A DNA stretch of 64,000 nucleotides, taken from positions 480,052 through 544,051 of the forward strand of contig CAVXSS010000002.1 of assembly GCA_963764515.1 (NCBI GenBank), in the 5' to 3' direction. The DNA comes from an uncultured Chloroflexia bacterium. GTDB lineage: Bacteria > Chloroflexota > Limnocylindria > Limnocylindrales > CSP1-4. Shown piece by piece: positions 46,965 to 56,514 of the stretch (positions are counted from its first letter, which is position 1; each line of letters begins with the position of its first letter). The notes below the pieces were generated by a model. That model did no database searches. It had not been told where the DNA came from and saw only the letters and a program-made list of their open reading frames with translations. Position numbers and translations under genes: made by a program.

Positions 46965-49900
46965 TCAGTCGAGCGAGGACGTGATCCCAAGCGTCGCTGT
47001 CTTGTGCTGTGACGGCCGCCCACCTGAGTTTCTGACGAACATCTTGATCGAGACGTTGTTGGCTTTGGCGACGCTATCGATCTCGGGCAAGGCGACGGCA
47101 TCGCTTGCATACGCGCTGGCCGCGTTGCAGGAGAGCGGCGACCCGGGACTGCCGTGGGTGGCGAGCAGCGTGGCGCCGTCGTACACCTCGAAGTAATAAC
47201 AAGTCGTGTCGCCAACCGTTGCCGAGCGATACGTGTGGCGGAAGGTCGCGCCGGTGACGACGGAGCCCGCCGGAACGTATGCGGGGAACGTCAGCTTCAG
47301 GTATCGACTGCTATCGAACGATGTCGACCAGCTGGACGTCGAGGTGTATGCGCCATCGCTGACGATGATGACGAACGACTGTACGGCGCTCGTGTCGACC
47401 CCGCCGTTCGCGGTGCCGCCGTCGTCGTGGATCCGGACGCTGACCGTGGCGATACCCGCAGCGCCGGCCGCAGGGGCGTAGGCAAGCGTGCCGGTCGCGC
47501 CGACCGCAGGCTGCGAGCTGAACAGCGGGTTGTTGTCGTTGGTGACGAGGAAGTCGACGACCTGGCCTGCCTCGTCCACCGGACCCGTCGTGATGGCCGT
47601 CGCCCAGCCGCCGACGCTCTGCGCAGCGGCCTCCTGGCGGACGGTCTGGTCGGCGCCCTTGGTGAAGCTCGGCACGTCGTTGACGGCCGTGACGGTGATG
47701 GTCGCGGTCACCGTGTTCGAGTCGAAGGTGCCGTCGTTGGCCTTGTATGTGAAGGTGACGGCTCCGTTCGCGTTGGCGACCGGGGCGTAGCTGAAGGACC
47801 CGTTGGCATTCAGCACCAGGGCGCCCGTGGCGACGTTCGAGACGAGGATCGCACTGAGCGGGTCAGTGTCGGGGTCGGTGTCGTTGAATAGCACGCCGTT
47901 GTAGGGCGTCCCGGTGATCGGCACAACTAGCGTCGTATCTTCCCTGGTCGTGTAGCTGTCCGCGACGGCCGTCGGGGCGCTGGCGATGAGAACCGCGCCG
48001 GATACCGTCGGGGTGCTGCTGTTGCCGACGTTGTCGATGACGACGAGCTGCCAGCGGTAGCAGTTGCCGTTGACCAGGCCGATATGGTTCCGTGGGCTGC
48101 TGCCGGTGTCCGGCGCGCCGTCATTCGCGTAGGACACGCTGGCGCATGTCCCGGGAGTGACCACGCCTCCCTTCTGCCGCTGGAGCGATCGCGAGGCCAC
48201 GCCGGACCCGGTCTCGGTCTCAGACCAGGTGACAGTGACGCTGGTCGCGGACTGGGTGGTCAGGCCCGCGACGGGGATCGAAAAGGTCATCGACGGCGCA
48301 ATGGCGTCCGCGGTGAGGGTGACGGTCCGGGTAGCGCCCGCGGTCAGCACGTTGTTGTAGGGCGTCACGGTGATGTTGGTCGTGGCCGAGGAGGCGGTCC
48401 AGGTGGCGTTCCTGGCCGCCGGGTTGCCGGCGACATCGCCGGAAGCGTAGGTCCATCCCGTTCCAGCGGAGAGCGCACCGTAGTTGTGCTTGTTGATGCC
48501 CGAGGCCGGGTCCGTCGAGCTCGAGGAGAGACTGATGGTGCCCGTGGCGCCGCCCTTGAACCAGATCGCGCTGTTGGGACTCGACTGGTAGACGTTGGTG
48601 CCGGAGCCGGTCACGTTCGGCTGGCTGGGCGCGGTGGTGTCGATCAGTACGGCACCGGACGTGGATCCGGCCGCGTTGCCCGCGAAGTCGGCGAGCGTCT
48701 GGACCCAGCGATAGCAGGTGCCGGTGACGAGCGGACTCTGGGCGACCGAGGAGACGGCCGTGCTGGGAGCGCCGTCGGTGCTCCATGCGGTGGCGGCACA
48801 GGATCCCGGAGAGGACTGGCTGCCCTTCCAACGCTGGAGCGAGCGGCCGCCAGTTGTGGCGACACCGATCCCGCTGCCGTCGCTCTCGGTCCAGGCGATC
48901 GTGTAGCTCGTGGCCGCCTGGAGGGTCGTGGTGCCCTCGTTAGGAGTGGTGAAGTCCGCTGTCGGGGCGGTCGTGTCGAAGGAGACGTTGTCGAAGGTGG
49001 AGGTGTTGAGGGTGCCTGCGACATGCGAGGTGACGACGAGGCCCACGTTGATGGTGCTGCCCATGGTGATGGTCTGCGTCGCGCCCACCGCGGTCCACGT
49101 CACACCATCTGGCGAGCGCTCGGCAAGGAATGTGCTGCCGATCCTGGTCATGCGCACCCAATAGGGCGCGCTGATGCCGCCCAAAACGGTTCCCGTGGCT
49201 GAGGCACCAGTCGTCGCTCGGTAGATCGACTCGGCTCCGGCGGTTCCTTCGATGTCGGCCAACGCCATGGCACTGGTTGCGCCGGTCGTGTCACGGAACA
49301 TGACCCCGCCCTTGGCGGACACCGCCGTGTTCTGGACCGCGAGGACCTTAGCCGTCAGCTGGCCATCGCCGGTCATCGTGCGGTACACGAATTGGAATGC
49401 GTCCGTGGTGCCCCAGATGTCCGCGCCGCCACCTTTCACCGTGTACGTGCCACCGGAGAAGGTCGTGGATCCGACGATGCCGGTGGTGCCGACGTCCCCG
49501 TTGGTCGTGAAGATCCCGAGGGCGTAGACAGTGATGGCGATGGAGTCGGTGTCGGTCAGGTTACCGCCGGAGCCCGTGTTGCCGAGGTCCTTGGTGACGA
49601 CCTGGAGCGTGGCGGCGCCGCTGAAGGTCGAGGTCGGGATAAAGCTGGTCCCGGCCAGGGCAGCATTGATGTTGCCGATCGTCCCGCGGAAGGTCATCGT
49701 CGCGTCGGCGGTGCCGTCTCCGGCGCCCGTGCCGTTGGCGTCGCTGAAGGCGAAGCTCAGGCCGCCGGTGCCCGACAGGCTGACGGTGCCGTTGGTGCCG
49801 GTGAGCTGCACCTGGACCGTCGCTGCAGCGGCGTCGCTGTCGCTGATCGAGATGGGGTTGCCGTTGGCGCTGGAGAAGACCAGGGTCACGCCCTTCGAGG

Positions 49901-52900
49901 TGTCGGCCACCGCGGGCAGGCTGTTGAGCGGCGCGTCGTTCACGGCGTTGACGCTGATCGTGACCGTGACCACGTTGGAGTCGCGGAGGCCGTCATTGGC
50001 CTTGTAACTGAACGAGTCGGTGCCGTTGAAATCCCTGCCGGGCAGGTACGTGAACGAACCGTCGGCGCTGAAGTTGAGGTAGCCGTTGGCCACATCGGAA
50101 ACGAGCAGTGCCGTCAACGGGTCGGACTCCGGGTCCGTGTCGTTGGCGAGCACGCCAGTGCCGACGGCCACAGTCAGCAGCGCGTCTTCGTTGACCGAGT
50201 AGCCGTTGGCGACGGCCGTCGGGGCGACATCGGCGACGACCGTGATCGCGACGTTGTCCGTGTCGCTCAGCGATCCACCGGGGCCGGTGTTGCCCTGGTC
50301 GTTGGTAACGATCTGGAGATTGGCCGAGCCGACATAACCGGCCGTCGGGGTGTAGGTCATGCCCGCCAGCGCGGCGTTGATGTTGGCGAGCGTGCCGGTG
50401 AAGGTCATGGTGCTGTCGGCAGAGCCGGTCCCAACAGTGAACGCCAGCCCGGTCGTGCCGGAAAGGGTCAGGGTTCCGTTCGTGACGGTTAGCTGCTCCT
50501 GCACGCTTGCTGCCCCAGCGTCCACGTCGGAGACGGAGACAAGATTGCCGTTGGCCGTGGAGAAGACGAGGGAGTTATGCGTAGCCTGCGCACCCGGCAC
50601 GCCATTGATGGGAGCGTCGTTGACGGCCGTCACGGTGATGCCGCGCGTGGCGGTGTTGCTGTTCGATGAGCCGTCGTTGGCGACGAACGTGACGGTCCGG
50701 GCGAGCGTGCTGGGTGCATCGCTGGTGTTGGTGTAGGTGATCGACCGGAGGGCCGTCTGGTAGAAGGCCTTGGTCGCACCGCCGGTCAGGGCGAGGACAC
50801 CCGTACCGGCGGTCCAGGTGCCGGTGATGCCGTTCTGGTCGACGAAAGCGAGGGAGTCCTGGGGGTTGGCGTAATTGGTCGTCATCGTGATCGTCGCGGA
50901 GACGAGATTGGCCGAGTCGGCGTCGGTGACGGTGATGCCCGGGTCGAGCAGCACCGCGCCACCGTTCTCCGTGTAGGCCAGTGCGGCGACGGTGGTGGTG
51001 ACCACGGGTGCGGCAGTCGCGGGGTCGGCAATCGTCCAATCTGCGGCGGCAAAGACCGTGATCCCTGTCTGCTGAATCCAGTTGGCCGTCGCATCGCGGG
51101 TGGTGCTCGCCTTGGTGGGGTCCTGCTCGGCCCAGGTACCAGCCAGCTTCCAGAGGCCGACGACGCTCTCCGTGTTGCCGTTGAGCTCCGCGTCCAGGTA
51201 GTGGAGGCGGACCGTGGCCGTGAGCGCGCCGCCGCCGGTCGGCGTGAAGGTGTAGGTCCGGGTGACGGCCCCGGTCTTGGCGGCCGGTGCGGCCTTGACC
51301 AACTTGACCTTGAAGGCGGTCGGCGCGGTGCCGGAGTTGATGGTGATCTGGTTGTGCGGGTTGCCGAAGCAACGCATCGTCCCGGTGCCGATCGTCGTGC
51401 GGCTGACTCCGCCGGTGGCCGACAGGATCGAGGTCACGTCCGTCGTTCCGCTGCACGTCGCCGCAGAGCCGAGCGTCAAGACGTTGGCATTGCCGGCACC
51501 GGAGCCCGTCGAGAGGTCGCCGCTGTCGAGCGACAGCACGCCGTTGACCGTGGCATTTCCGGCCAGCGTCGCGCCGCTCCCGTTGTTCATCCTGAGGTGG
51601 CCATAGGTCACCGCGCTGACGGTTTGAGCCGCGCTCCCGGCGTACTCCACGGTCAGGTTGGTCAGTGTGGTGTTCGTGATCGTGTACTGGTTGCTGAAGC
51701 CGGCGGTGGCCGCCGTCCGCGTGACCTTGACCGTGCCGCTGCCGGTCAGCGTCCCCGAGCCGCTCATCACCGATGCGGCGGCAGGCGTGAACGTGCCACT
51801 GGCGCCGACGGTGAACGTTCCGTTGGCGGCGAAGTTGCCGGTGGCGGAAACGGCCGCTGAGGTGGCGATGGTGAGGCCCTGGAACGTGAGCGTCCCGGCG
51901 TTCGAGATCGATGAACCGTTGTTCATCGTGACGGTGCCGGCGGTTGCTGCCAGGACGGCCGAGGCGTTGACCGTCAGGGCGGTGGCCACGCCGAAGGTCG
52001 CGTTCGAGCTCACGTTGCTGCCGCTGATGACGAGGTTGCCGTAGACCTGGCTGCTGGCGAGCGCCGCCACGGCGGTCGTGGTGCCCGCATACTCGATCGT
52101 GCTGGTCGCGGCGACCGAATGCGTCGCGTAGCCCGCCGGGAACGTCCGCGTGCCGCCGATCTTGAGCGTCGCACCCGCGGCCACGGTGAGCGTTCCGGCG
52201 GGCACCGTTCCTGCAGCCAGCGCGGCCACTTCGACGCCGGTCAGACCGCGGTTGTAGATGCGGAAGTCGTCGACGCGTCCGTCGAAGTACGTATCGGCGG
52301 CGTACTGGGATCGGCCGATCCAGTTGTTGGCCGTGTTGCCCAGGCTCGACGGACCGAGCGTCATGCCGGTGTTCTGGCCCACCTGCGAGCCGTTCACGTA
52401 GAGCGTGCCCGTGTTGCCCGACTTGGTCACCGCCACGTGGACCCATTGGGCGATCGGCAACGCAGCTGTGCCATTGATGACCTGCTCGGTCCCGGCGCCG
52501 CCGGTGGTGATGGCAAAGCGGACGACGTTCGTGCTGCCGTTCTGCGCCGTCAGGAACATGTACGCGGTCGTGCCCGTGCCGTAATCGAAGATCCGCCGCC
52601 AAAGGCCAGTCGTGTCGCGCCGCACCCAGGTCGCGAAGGTGAAGTTGCTGAGCGTGCTGACGATGCCGGTCGGCATGGTGACGTGTTGGTTCGAGCCGTC
52701 GAGGTTGACGGCTTGTCCGATCTGACCGGTGGTGAACGTCGGGGTATTGACCAGCGTGCCATCGAGCCCGGCGCCGCCGCTGTCGGTAGCGTCGTTCTCG
52801 AACTCGTACCACGCGAAGAGTCCGGCCGCGCCGTTGTCGGCTTTGAACGTGCTGAGATCGAAGGTGCCGCCATCGATCCTCAGGTCGCCGATGACGCTCA

Positions 52901-53141
52901 CATCGGCGCCCAGTGTCAGCGTGCCGCTGGACTTGTTGACGACGAGGTCGTTGACCACCGCGGGAAGGCCGTTTCCGGTCGCCTGGGTGCCCGACCCGTT
53001 GTACGTATAGTTCGCGCCCGTCGAGTACGTGCGCGCGCCGGTGACCTGGACGTTCCCGCTCGCGCCGGAGCTGGTGATGCCGTTCGTAGACGTGATGCCG
53101 AGCGTCGCGCCGCTCGACAGGGTGAACGACCCGCGCCCCGG
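46965..53141 (-). CDS. C-terminal ~2058-aa segment (frame C) of a giant secreted subtilase-adhesin
   Basis: This is the ORF 46965..52958 extended upstream in-frame to the TGA at 53142-53144. It contains two LamG/concanavalin-like jelly rolls, repeated Ig-like modules, VNDAP Big_9/cadherin-like repeats and a distinct C-terminal domain. The LamG units read ...WVHVAVTKSGNTGTLYVNGSQ...FDGRVDDFRIYNRGLTGVEV... and ...WVRMTRIGSTFLAERSPDGVTW.... The Ig-like modules read ...GTCYRWVQTLADFAGN... and ...GNCYRWQLVVIDNVGN.... The repeats read ...TDPESDPLTALLV...TVTAVNDAP.... Confidence 0.75.
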   Translation of the reverse strand, partial: PGRGSFTLSSGATLGITSTNGITSSGASGNVQVTGARTYSTGANYTYNGSGTQATGNGLPAVVNDLVVNKSSGTLTLGADVSVIGDLRIDGGTFDLSTFKADNGAAGLFAWYEFENDATDSGGAGLDGTLVNTPTFTTGQIGQAVNLDGSNQHVTMPTGIVSTLSNFTFATWVRRDTTGLWRRIFDYGTGTTAYMFLTAQNGSTNVVRFAITTGGAGTEQVINGTAALPIAQWVHVAVTKSGNTGTLYVNGSQVGQNTGMTLGPSSLGNTANNWIGRSQYAADTYFDGRVDDFRIYNRGLTGVEVAALAAGTVPAGTLTVAAGATLKIGGTRTFPAGYATHSVAATSTIEYAGTTTAVAALASSQVYGNLVISGSNVSSNATFGVATALTVNASAVLAATAGTVTMNNGSSISNAGTLTFQGLTIATSAAVSATGNFAANGTFTVGASGTFTPAAASVMSGSGTLTGSGTVKVTRTAATAGFSNQYTITNTTLTNLTVEYAGSAAQTVSAVTYGHLRMNNGSGATLAGNATVNGVLSLDSGDLSTGSGAGNANVLTLGSAATCSGTTDVTSILSATGGVSRTTIGTGTMRCFGNPHNQITINSGTAPTAFKVKLVKAAPAAKTGAVTRTYTFTPTGGGALTATVRLHYLDAELNGNTESVVGLWKLAGTWAEQDPTKASTTRDATANWIQQTGITVFAAADWTIADPATAAPVVTTTVAALAYTENGGAVLLDPGITVTDADSANLVSATITMTTNYANPQDSLAFVDQNGITGTWTAGTGVLALTGGATKAFYQTALRSITYTNTSDAPSTLARTVTFVANDGSSNSNTATRGITVTAVNDAPINGVPGAQATHNSLVFSTANGNLVSVSDVDAGAASVQEQLTVTNGTLTLSGTTGLAFTVGTGSADSTMTFTGTLANINAALAGMTYTPTAGYVGSANLQIVTNDQGNTGPGGSLSDTDNVAITVVADVAPTAVANGYSVNEDALLTVAVGTGVLANDTDPESDPLTALLVSDVANGYLNFSADGSFTYLPGRDFNGTDSFSYKANDGLRDSNVVTVTISVNAVNDAPLNSLPAVADTSKGVTLVFSSANGNPISISDSDAAAATVQVQLTGTNGTVSLSGTGGLSFAFSDANGTGAGDGTADATMTFRGTIGNINAALAGTSFIPTSTFSGAATLQVVTKDLGNTGSGGNLTDTDSIAITVYALGIFTTNGDVGTTGIVGSTTFSGGTYTVKGGGADIWGTTDAFQFVYRTMTGDGQLTAKVLAVQNTAVSAKGGVMFRDTTGATSAMALADIEGTAGAESIYRATTGASATGTVLGGISAPYWVRMTRIGSTFLAERSPDGVTWTAVGATQTITMGSTINVGLVVTSHVAGTLNTSTFDNVSFDTTAPTADFTTPNEGTTTLQAATSYTIAWTESDGSGIGVATTGGRSLQRWKGSQSSPGSCAATAWSTDGAPSTAVSSVAQSPLVTGTCYRWVQTLADFAGNAAGSTSGAVLIDTTAPSQPNVTGSGTNVYQSSPNSAIWFKGGATGTISLSSSSTDPASGINKHNYGALSAGTGWTYASGDVAGNPAARNATWTASSATTNITVTPYNNVLTAGATRTVTLTADAIAPSMTFSIPVAGLTTQSATSVTVTWSETETGSGVASRSLQRQKGGVVTPGTCASVSYANDGAPDTGSSPRNHIGLVNGNCYRWQLVVIDNVGNSSTPTVSGAVLIASAPTAVADSYTTREDTTLVVPITGTPYNGVLFNDTDPDTDPLSAILVSNVATGALVLNANGSFSYAPVANANGAVTFTYKANDGTFDSNTVTATITVTAVNDVPSFTKGADQTVRQEAAAQSVGGWATAITTGPVDEAGQVVDFLVTNDNNPLFSSQPAVGATGTLAYAPAAGAAGIATVSVRIHDDGGTANGGVDTSAVQSFVIIVSDGAYTSTSSWSTSFDSSRYLKLTFPAYVPAGSVVTGATFRHTYRSATVGDTTCYYFEVYDGATLLATHGSPGSPLSCNAASAYASDAVALPEIDSVAKANNVSIKMFVRNSGGRPSQHKTATLGITSSLD

Positions 53142-53251
53142 TCAAGGTCGTCGTCGTGCCGGCCATCTGGAGCGTCGCGCCGCTGTCGACGATGAAGGCG
53201 ACGTCGTTCGAGACGGTCCCGCCTGACGCGTACGTCTGCACACCCGACCCG

Positions 53252-55780
53252 TTAAAGGTGACGCTGCTCGTGGTGCTCGTGCCGGTCTCGGTCAGCGTTC
53301 CGCCTGAATGGGTGAAGTCGCCGGCGACGTTGAGCGTCACGCTCGCCGCCGATTCGATCGCTGAAGTCGAACGACCCGCTCGAGAGCGAGAAGTTGCCGC
53401 TGACGGACATCGCACGAACGCCGGTGCCGATCGTCCCGCGCAGCGTGCCACCCGTCTGGGAGTAGTCGCCGCCCACGGCCAGGTCACCCGCGGCGTTGTT
53501 GCCCAGTGCGAGCGCGCCGGTGGTGCCGGTACTGGTGACGGTCATGTTCCCGTTCACCGTCCGGAGGTAGCCGCCGAGGCTGAAGGTCGTGGTCTGGTTC
53601 GGGGTGTTCCAGACGAAATCCCAGAACGACTGATTATAGCCGATGTCCGAGGCGCCGCCGCCTGGCGGCGAGGTGTAGCCGACGATCTCGATGGTCGAAC
53701 CCGCGCTCCATGTGGCGGTCGGGATGACGCCGTCCGCCGTCGTCCACGCGTGCTGGTACCGGCCGCCGCTGTTGACGACGATCGTGGCGCCGGTGTTGAT
53801 GGTCACCGTCCCGGCGCTACGGAACGTGCCGGTCACCGACAGGTCGGTACCCGCCCCCGCGTTCAGCGTCAGCGTGATGCCGCTGTTGAGGTCGAGCTCG
53901 CCGCCCGCATCGACGACGACCTCGTCCGCCGTCACGTTGGCAGCGACGGTCACGATGTGGGCGTTACGGATCGTGATCGTGCTGGCCGCATTGGTCGGCG
54001 CGAGGGTCGCGGTGCTCCACGTGACACAGCCGCCGGCGATCGGAGCGCTCTGCCAGGTGCCTGTCGTGGCCCAGTTGCCGCTGGCACGGGAGCGGAAGCA
54101 GTCGGTCGACGTGGAGGCCGCCACGTAGGGACCCACGAAGGGGCCACCGTCGGCGGCTCCGGTGTTGCCGGCCGGGGTGACCGGCTCCGTGGCGGCGTCC
54201 TGCGCCGCGCGAGCGAGGTCGAGGCGGCCGTTGCCGGTCTGGGCCCGCGTGCCGACGGCTGCCGCCGAGCGCGCCAGGCGGCCCACGATGACGGCGTTGC
54301 TGGCGGTGGTGTCGAGGGCCCAGAGGAGGGCCGCGGCACCGGCCACCTCGGCGGCGGCGGCGCTGGTGCCCGAGACGCTGGTGTACTCGTCGTCGGTGAG
54401 CGGGTCCGCGTCGGCGTTCGCGGCGGTGGTCAGGATGTCAACGCCGGGTGCCGCCAGGAAGGTCTGCGGTCCGTGGTTGCTGTCGGCCGCGAGGAGGTCC
54501 GCCTCGTCGGTGGAGGCAACGCCCATCACACCGCGATCGCCGGCGGGGTACGTCGGCGTTGTGACGCCGTCGTTGCCCGTCGCCGCGACGATGACCGCCC
54601 CGCCGTCCCAGGCGTAGTCGATCGCCGCCTGGAGCGCGGCCGAGTAGCCGGGGGCGGAGAACGCGAGGAGGATGACGTCCGCGCCATTGTCCGACGCGTA
54701 GAGGATGCCGCGGATGATGTCGCTGTCCTGGCCCGTTCCGTCCGCGGCGAGAACCGCGACCGGCATGACCCTGACGCCTGCCGAGCCGATGCCGGCGATG
54801 CCCTCGCCATTGTCGGTCGCCGCGGCCACGATGCCGGCCATCCACGTCCCGTGGCCGTTCGGGTCGGTCAGCGGGTCCGTGCCGACAAAGGATGCGCCTG
54901 GGATGGTCCGGCCGAGGAGATCCGGATGCGAGGCGTCGACTCCGGTATCGAGAACCGCGACCAGGGCCTCGCCGTCGGTCGGAACGCGGACCGATGGCCA
55001 GCCGATCCTTGGCAGCGACCACTGGTCCGCGTAGCGAGGGTCAGCCCCGACCGCCTCGACGGCGCGGGCGCGATCGAGCTCCACGTGCACCACGCCCGCG
55101 CGCGCGCGCAAGGCGGCCGCGCCGGCAGTAGCAGCTGCCGCCGGCAGCTCCACGACGGCGAGGCCGAGCGCGGGAACCGTCGAGACGATCATGGCGCCGC
55201 CTGTCGCCAGCGCGGCCGCCTGTTGTTGAGCCGACGTCCATCGATTGAAGGTCACGATGTAGCTCACGGGATTGGTCGTGACCGACGATGGCTCTGGCGG
55301 CGAGGATGCGCCCAGCGGAGAAGGCGCCTGCGTGAGGGGTGCGCCAGGAGCCGGGCCCGGTTCCGGCACGCCGCTCCCTTCGGGCAATGGCATCGGGCTC
55401 GGTTCCGGCGTGATGCTCGCTTCAGGCGGCGACTCTGGGTCAGGGGACGGCTCATCGGGAACGGCCGATGGGTCGACCTCCGGGGGTTCGGTCGGCGTGG
55501 GCTCGGCGGTCGGCGAGGGCTCGGCGGTCGGCGAGGGTTCGGCGGTCGGCGAAGGTTCGGCGGTCGGCGAAGACGACGGATTCGGGGCGACGGATGCGGC
55601 CATGTCGGACGGAACCGGGGTCGCAGGGTGGGCCGCGGTCACGGAGGCCGGCATCAGCACCGTCGCCACGTAGAGAGCGGCCAGCATGCCGGCTCGGATC
55701 CCGGCGGCGCGTGCAGCGCTGGACCGGAACCATCGGGTCCGGATCGACCGCTTCCGGATCATGGGATGTCGAGCCCCCAT
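53252..55780 (-). CDS. N-terminal segment (frame A) of the giant protein: Sec signal peptide, Pro/Ser/Glu-rich linker, S8 subtilisin-like protease domain, then beta-helix-like T/G/S-rich repeats
   Basis: The S8 catalytic triad is VAVLDTGVD (Asp), NGHGTWMAG (His) and SGTSAAAAEVAG (Ser). The last ~35 codons of this ORF (DRIGGERDAQRRRRL...) are post-frameshift noise. Confidence 0.8.
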   Translation of the reverse strand: MGARHPMIRKRSIRTRWFRSSAARAAGIRAGMLAALYVATVLMPASVTAAHPATPVPSDMAASVAPNPSSSPTAEPSPTAEPSPTAEPSPTAEPTPTEPPEVDPSAVPDEPSPDPESPPEASITPEPSPMPLPEGSGVPEPGPAPGAPLTQAPSPLGASSPPEPSSVTTNPVSYIVTFNRWTSAQQQAAALATGGAMIVSTVPALGLAVVELPAAAATAGAAALRARAGVVHVELDRARAVEAVGADPRYADQWSLPRIGWPSVRVPTDGEALVAVLDTGVDASHPDLLGRTIPGASFVGTDPLTDPNGHGTWMAGIVAAATDNGEGIAGIGSAGVRVMPVAVLAADGTGQDSDIIRGILYASDNGADVILLAFSAPGYSAALQAAIDYAWDGGAVIVAATGNDGVTTPTYPAGDRGVMGVASTDEADLLAADSNHGPQTFLAAPGVDILTTAANADADPLTDDEYTSVSGTSAAAAEVAGAAALLWALDTTASNAVIVGRLARSAAAVGTRAQTGNGRLDLARAAQDAATEPVTPAGNTGAADGGPFVGPYVAASTSTDCFRSRASGNWATTGTWQSAPIAGGCVTWSTATLAPTNAASTITIRNAHIVTVAANVTADEVVVDAGGELDLNSGITLTLNAGAGTDLSVTGTFRSAGTVTINTGATIVVNSGGRYQHAWTTADGVIPTATWSAGSTIEIVGYTSPPGGGASDIGYNQSFWDFVWNTPNQTTTFSLGGYLRTVNGNMTVTSTGTTGALALGNNAAGDLAVGGDYSQTGGTLRGTIGTGVRAMSVSGNFSLSSGSFDFSDRIGGERDAQRRRRLHPFRRNADRDRHEHHEQRHL

Positions 55781-56514
55781 GGGATGATCTCCGTTGTGGT
55801 GTCCGCGGCGTCGCGGAACATCACCGGATAGAGGGTGAAACCCTGGTAGGCGGTCGATCCGACGACGGTCGCCTGGTCGATGACCATCGCGGCGTTGCCG
55901 GACTCCTTGCCGAAGATGCGGACGCGCAGGTCGTTCGCGATCGAGGTCGTCGCCGCTGCCGGGATCGACGTCGAGAACGTCGTCGGGGTCGTTCCGGTGA
56001 CGCAGCCGACCGGGCTACCTGGACTGCCGTGCGTCCCGAGGACCGCGCCGGTCGAGATCCTCCGAACCTCGAAGTAGTAACACGCCTGGCCCGCCCCGCT
56101 GCTGGCAAGCCTGAGGTCGAACGTTGCGGCAGAGACGGCCACACCCGAGGCCAACGAATCGTTGAGGTCGAACTCGAGGTACCGGCCGGCCGCGAAGGTG
56201 CTCGACCAGGTCGACGTGGTCACGGTCAGGCCATCGCCCGAATAAGCGAACGAGTTGGAGCGGTCGACCTCGACGCCGGATGATGAATCGCCGACCTCGA
56301 ACGCGGGGGTGACGCGTTCGCCCGGGAACAACGCCTTTGACCCGAACAGGGCCACCCCCTCCGTTTGAGCCGTGAAGATGGCGAGGCTCAGTCCAACCAT
56401 GGCGAAAGCGATGGAGACAAGCGCGCCCACGGCCGCAAACACGATGACGGCACGGAAGCGGCGCCTCGGGGTGGCGATGCCGATCGCGTCTCGCCCTCCC
56501 GCTCGGGCGGTCAT
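55759..56514 (-). CDS. Exported TasA/camelysin-like small protein whose C-terminal ~135 aa is homologous to the C-terminal domain of the giant subtilase-adhesin
   Basis: The N-terminal TM/signal region is followed by LAIFTAQTEGVALFGS, resembling the TasA-type mature N-terminus. The C-terminal region ...GQACYYFEVRRISTGAVLGTHGSPGSPVGC... parallels ...TTCYYFEVYDGATLLATHGSPGSPLSC... at the giant protein C-terminus. It overlaps its neighbours by 4 and 22 bp. Confidence 0.6.
   Translation of the reverse strand: MTARAGGRDAIGIATPRRRFRAVIVFAAVGALVSIAFAMVGLSLAIFTAQTEGVALFGSKALFPGERVTPAFEVGDSSSGVEVDRSNSFAYSGDGLTVTTSTWSSTFAAGRYLEFDLNDSLASGVAVSAATFDLRLASSGAGQACYYFEVRRISTGAVLGTHGSPGSPVGCVTGTTPTTFSTSIPAAATTSIANDLRVRIFGKESGNAAMVIDQATVVGSTAYQGFTLYPVMFRDAADTTTEIIPWGLDIP

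Larger units (their letters stand above)
46965..55780 (-). pseudogene. Single ~2,900-codon subtilase-adhesin gene interrupted by two single-base frameshifts (frame A 55780-~53360; frame B ~53364-53142; frame C 53141-46965)
   Basis: Protein-like, compositionally continuous sequence switches frame twice. The first switch is FSLSSGSFDFS|SAIESAASVTLNVAGDF near 53340-53365. The second is TTTTLTGAR|GSFTLSSGATLGITS near 53130-53145, in a ccgcgccccgg run. After each switch the abandoned frame becomes Arg-rich noise. This is either a real pseudogene or programmed shift, or assembly error. Confidence 0.5.

Noticed and set aside
46628-47215. 195-aa minus-strand ORF, and the upstream half of ORF 57680..58813, both containing the peptide QLSYSRPRREVYQA.
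   Set aside because: The shared peptide is simply the translation of the direct-repeat DNA on the opposite strand and is not a conserved protein. The real gene at 57680..58255 is the trimmed TasA-like CDS.
50575-53487. 970-aa minus-strand ORF overlapping the giant gene.
   Set aside because: Only ~75 codons (53142-53364) read as real protein, and these are the frame-B bridge between the two frameshifts. The remainder is Arg-rich out-of-frame noise over the frame-C coding region.
53156-55831. 891-aa plus-strand ORF (and the other long plus-strand ORFs 47154..47891, 48084..49202, 49392..50492 and 52119..53195) opposite the giant adhesin gene.
   Set aside because: These lie antisense to a strongly supported coding region in ~70% GC DNA. 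Their translations are Arg/Gly/Asp-rich low-complexity strings with no domain signatures, so they are typical high-GC antisense artefacts.
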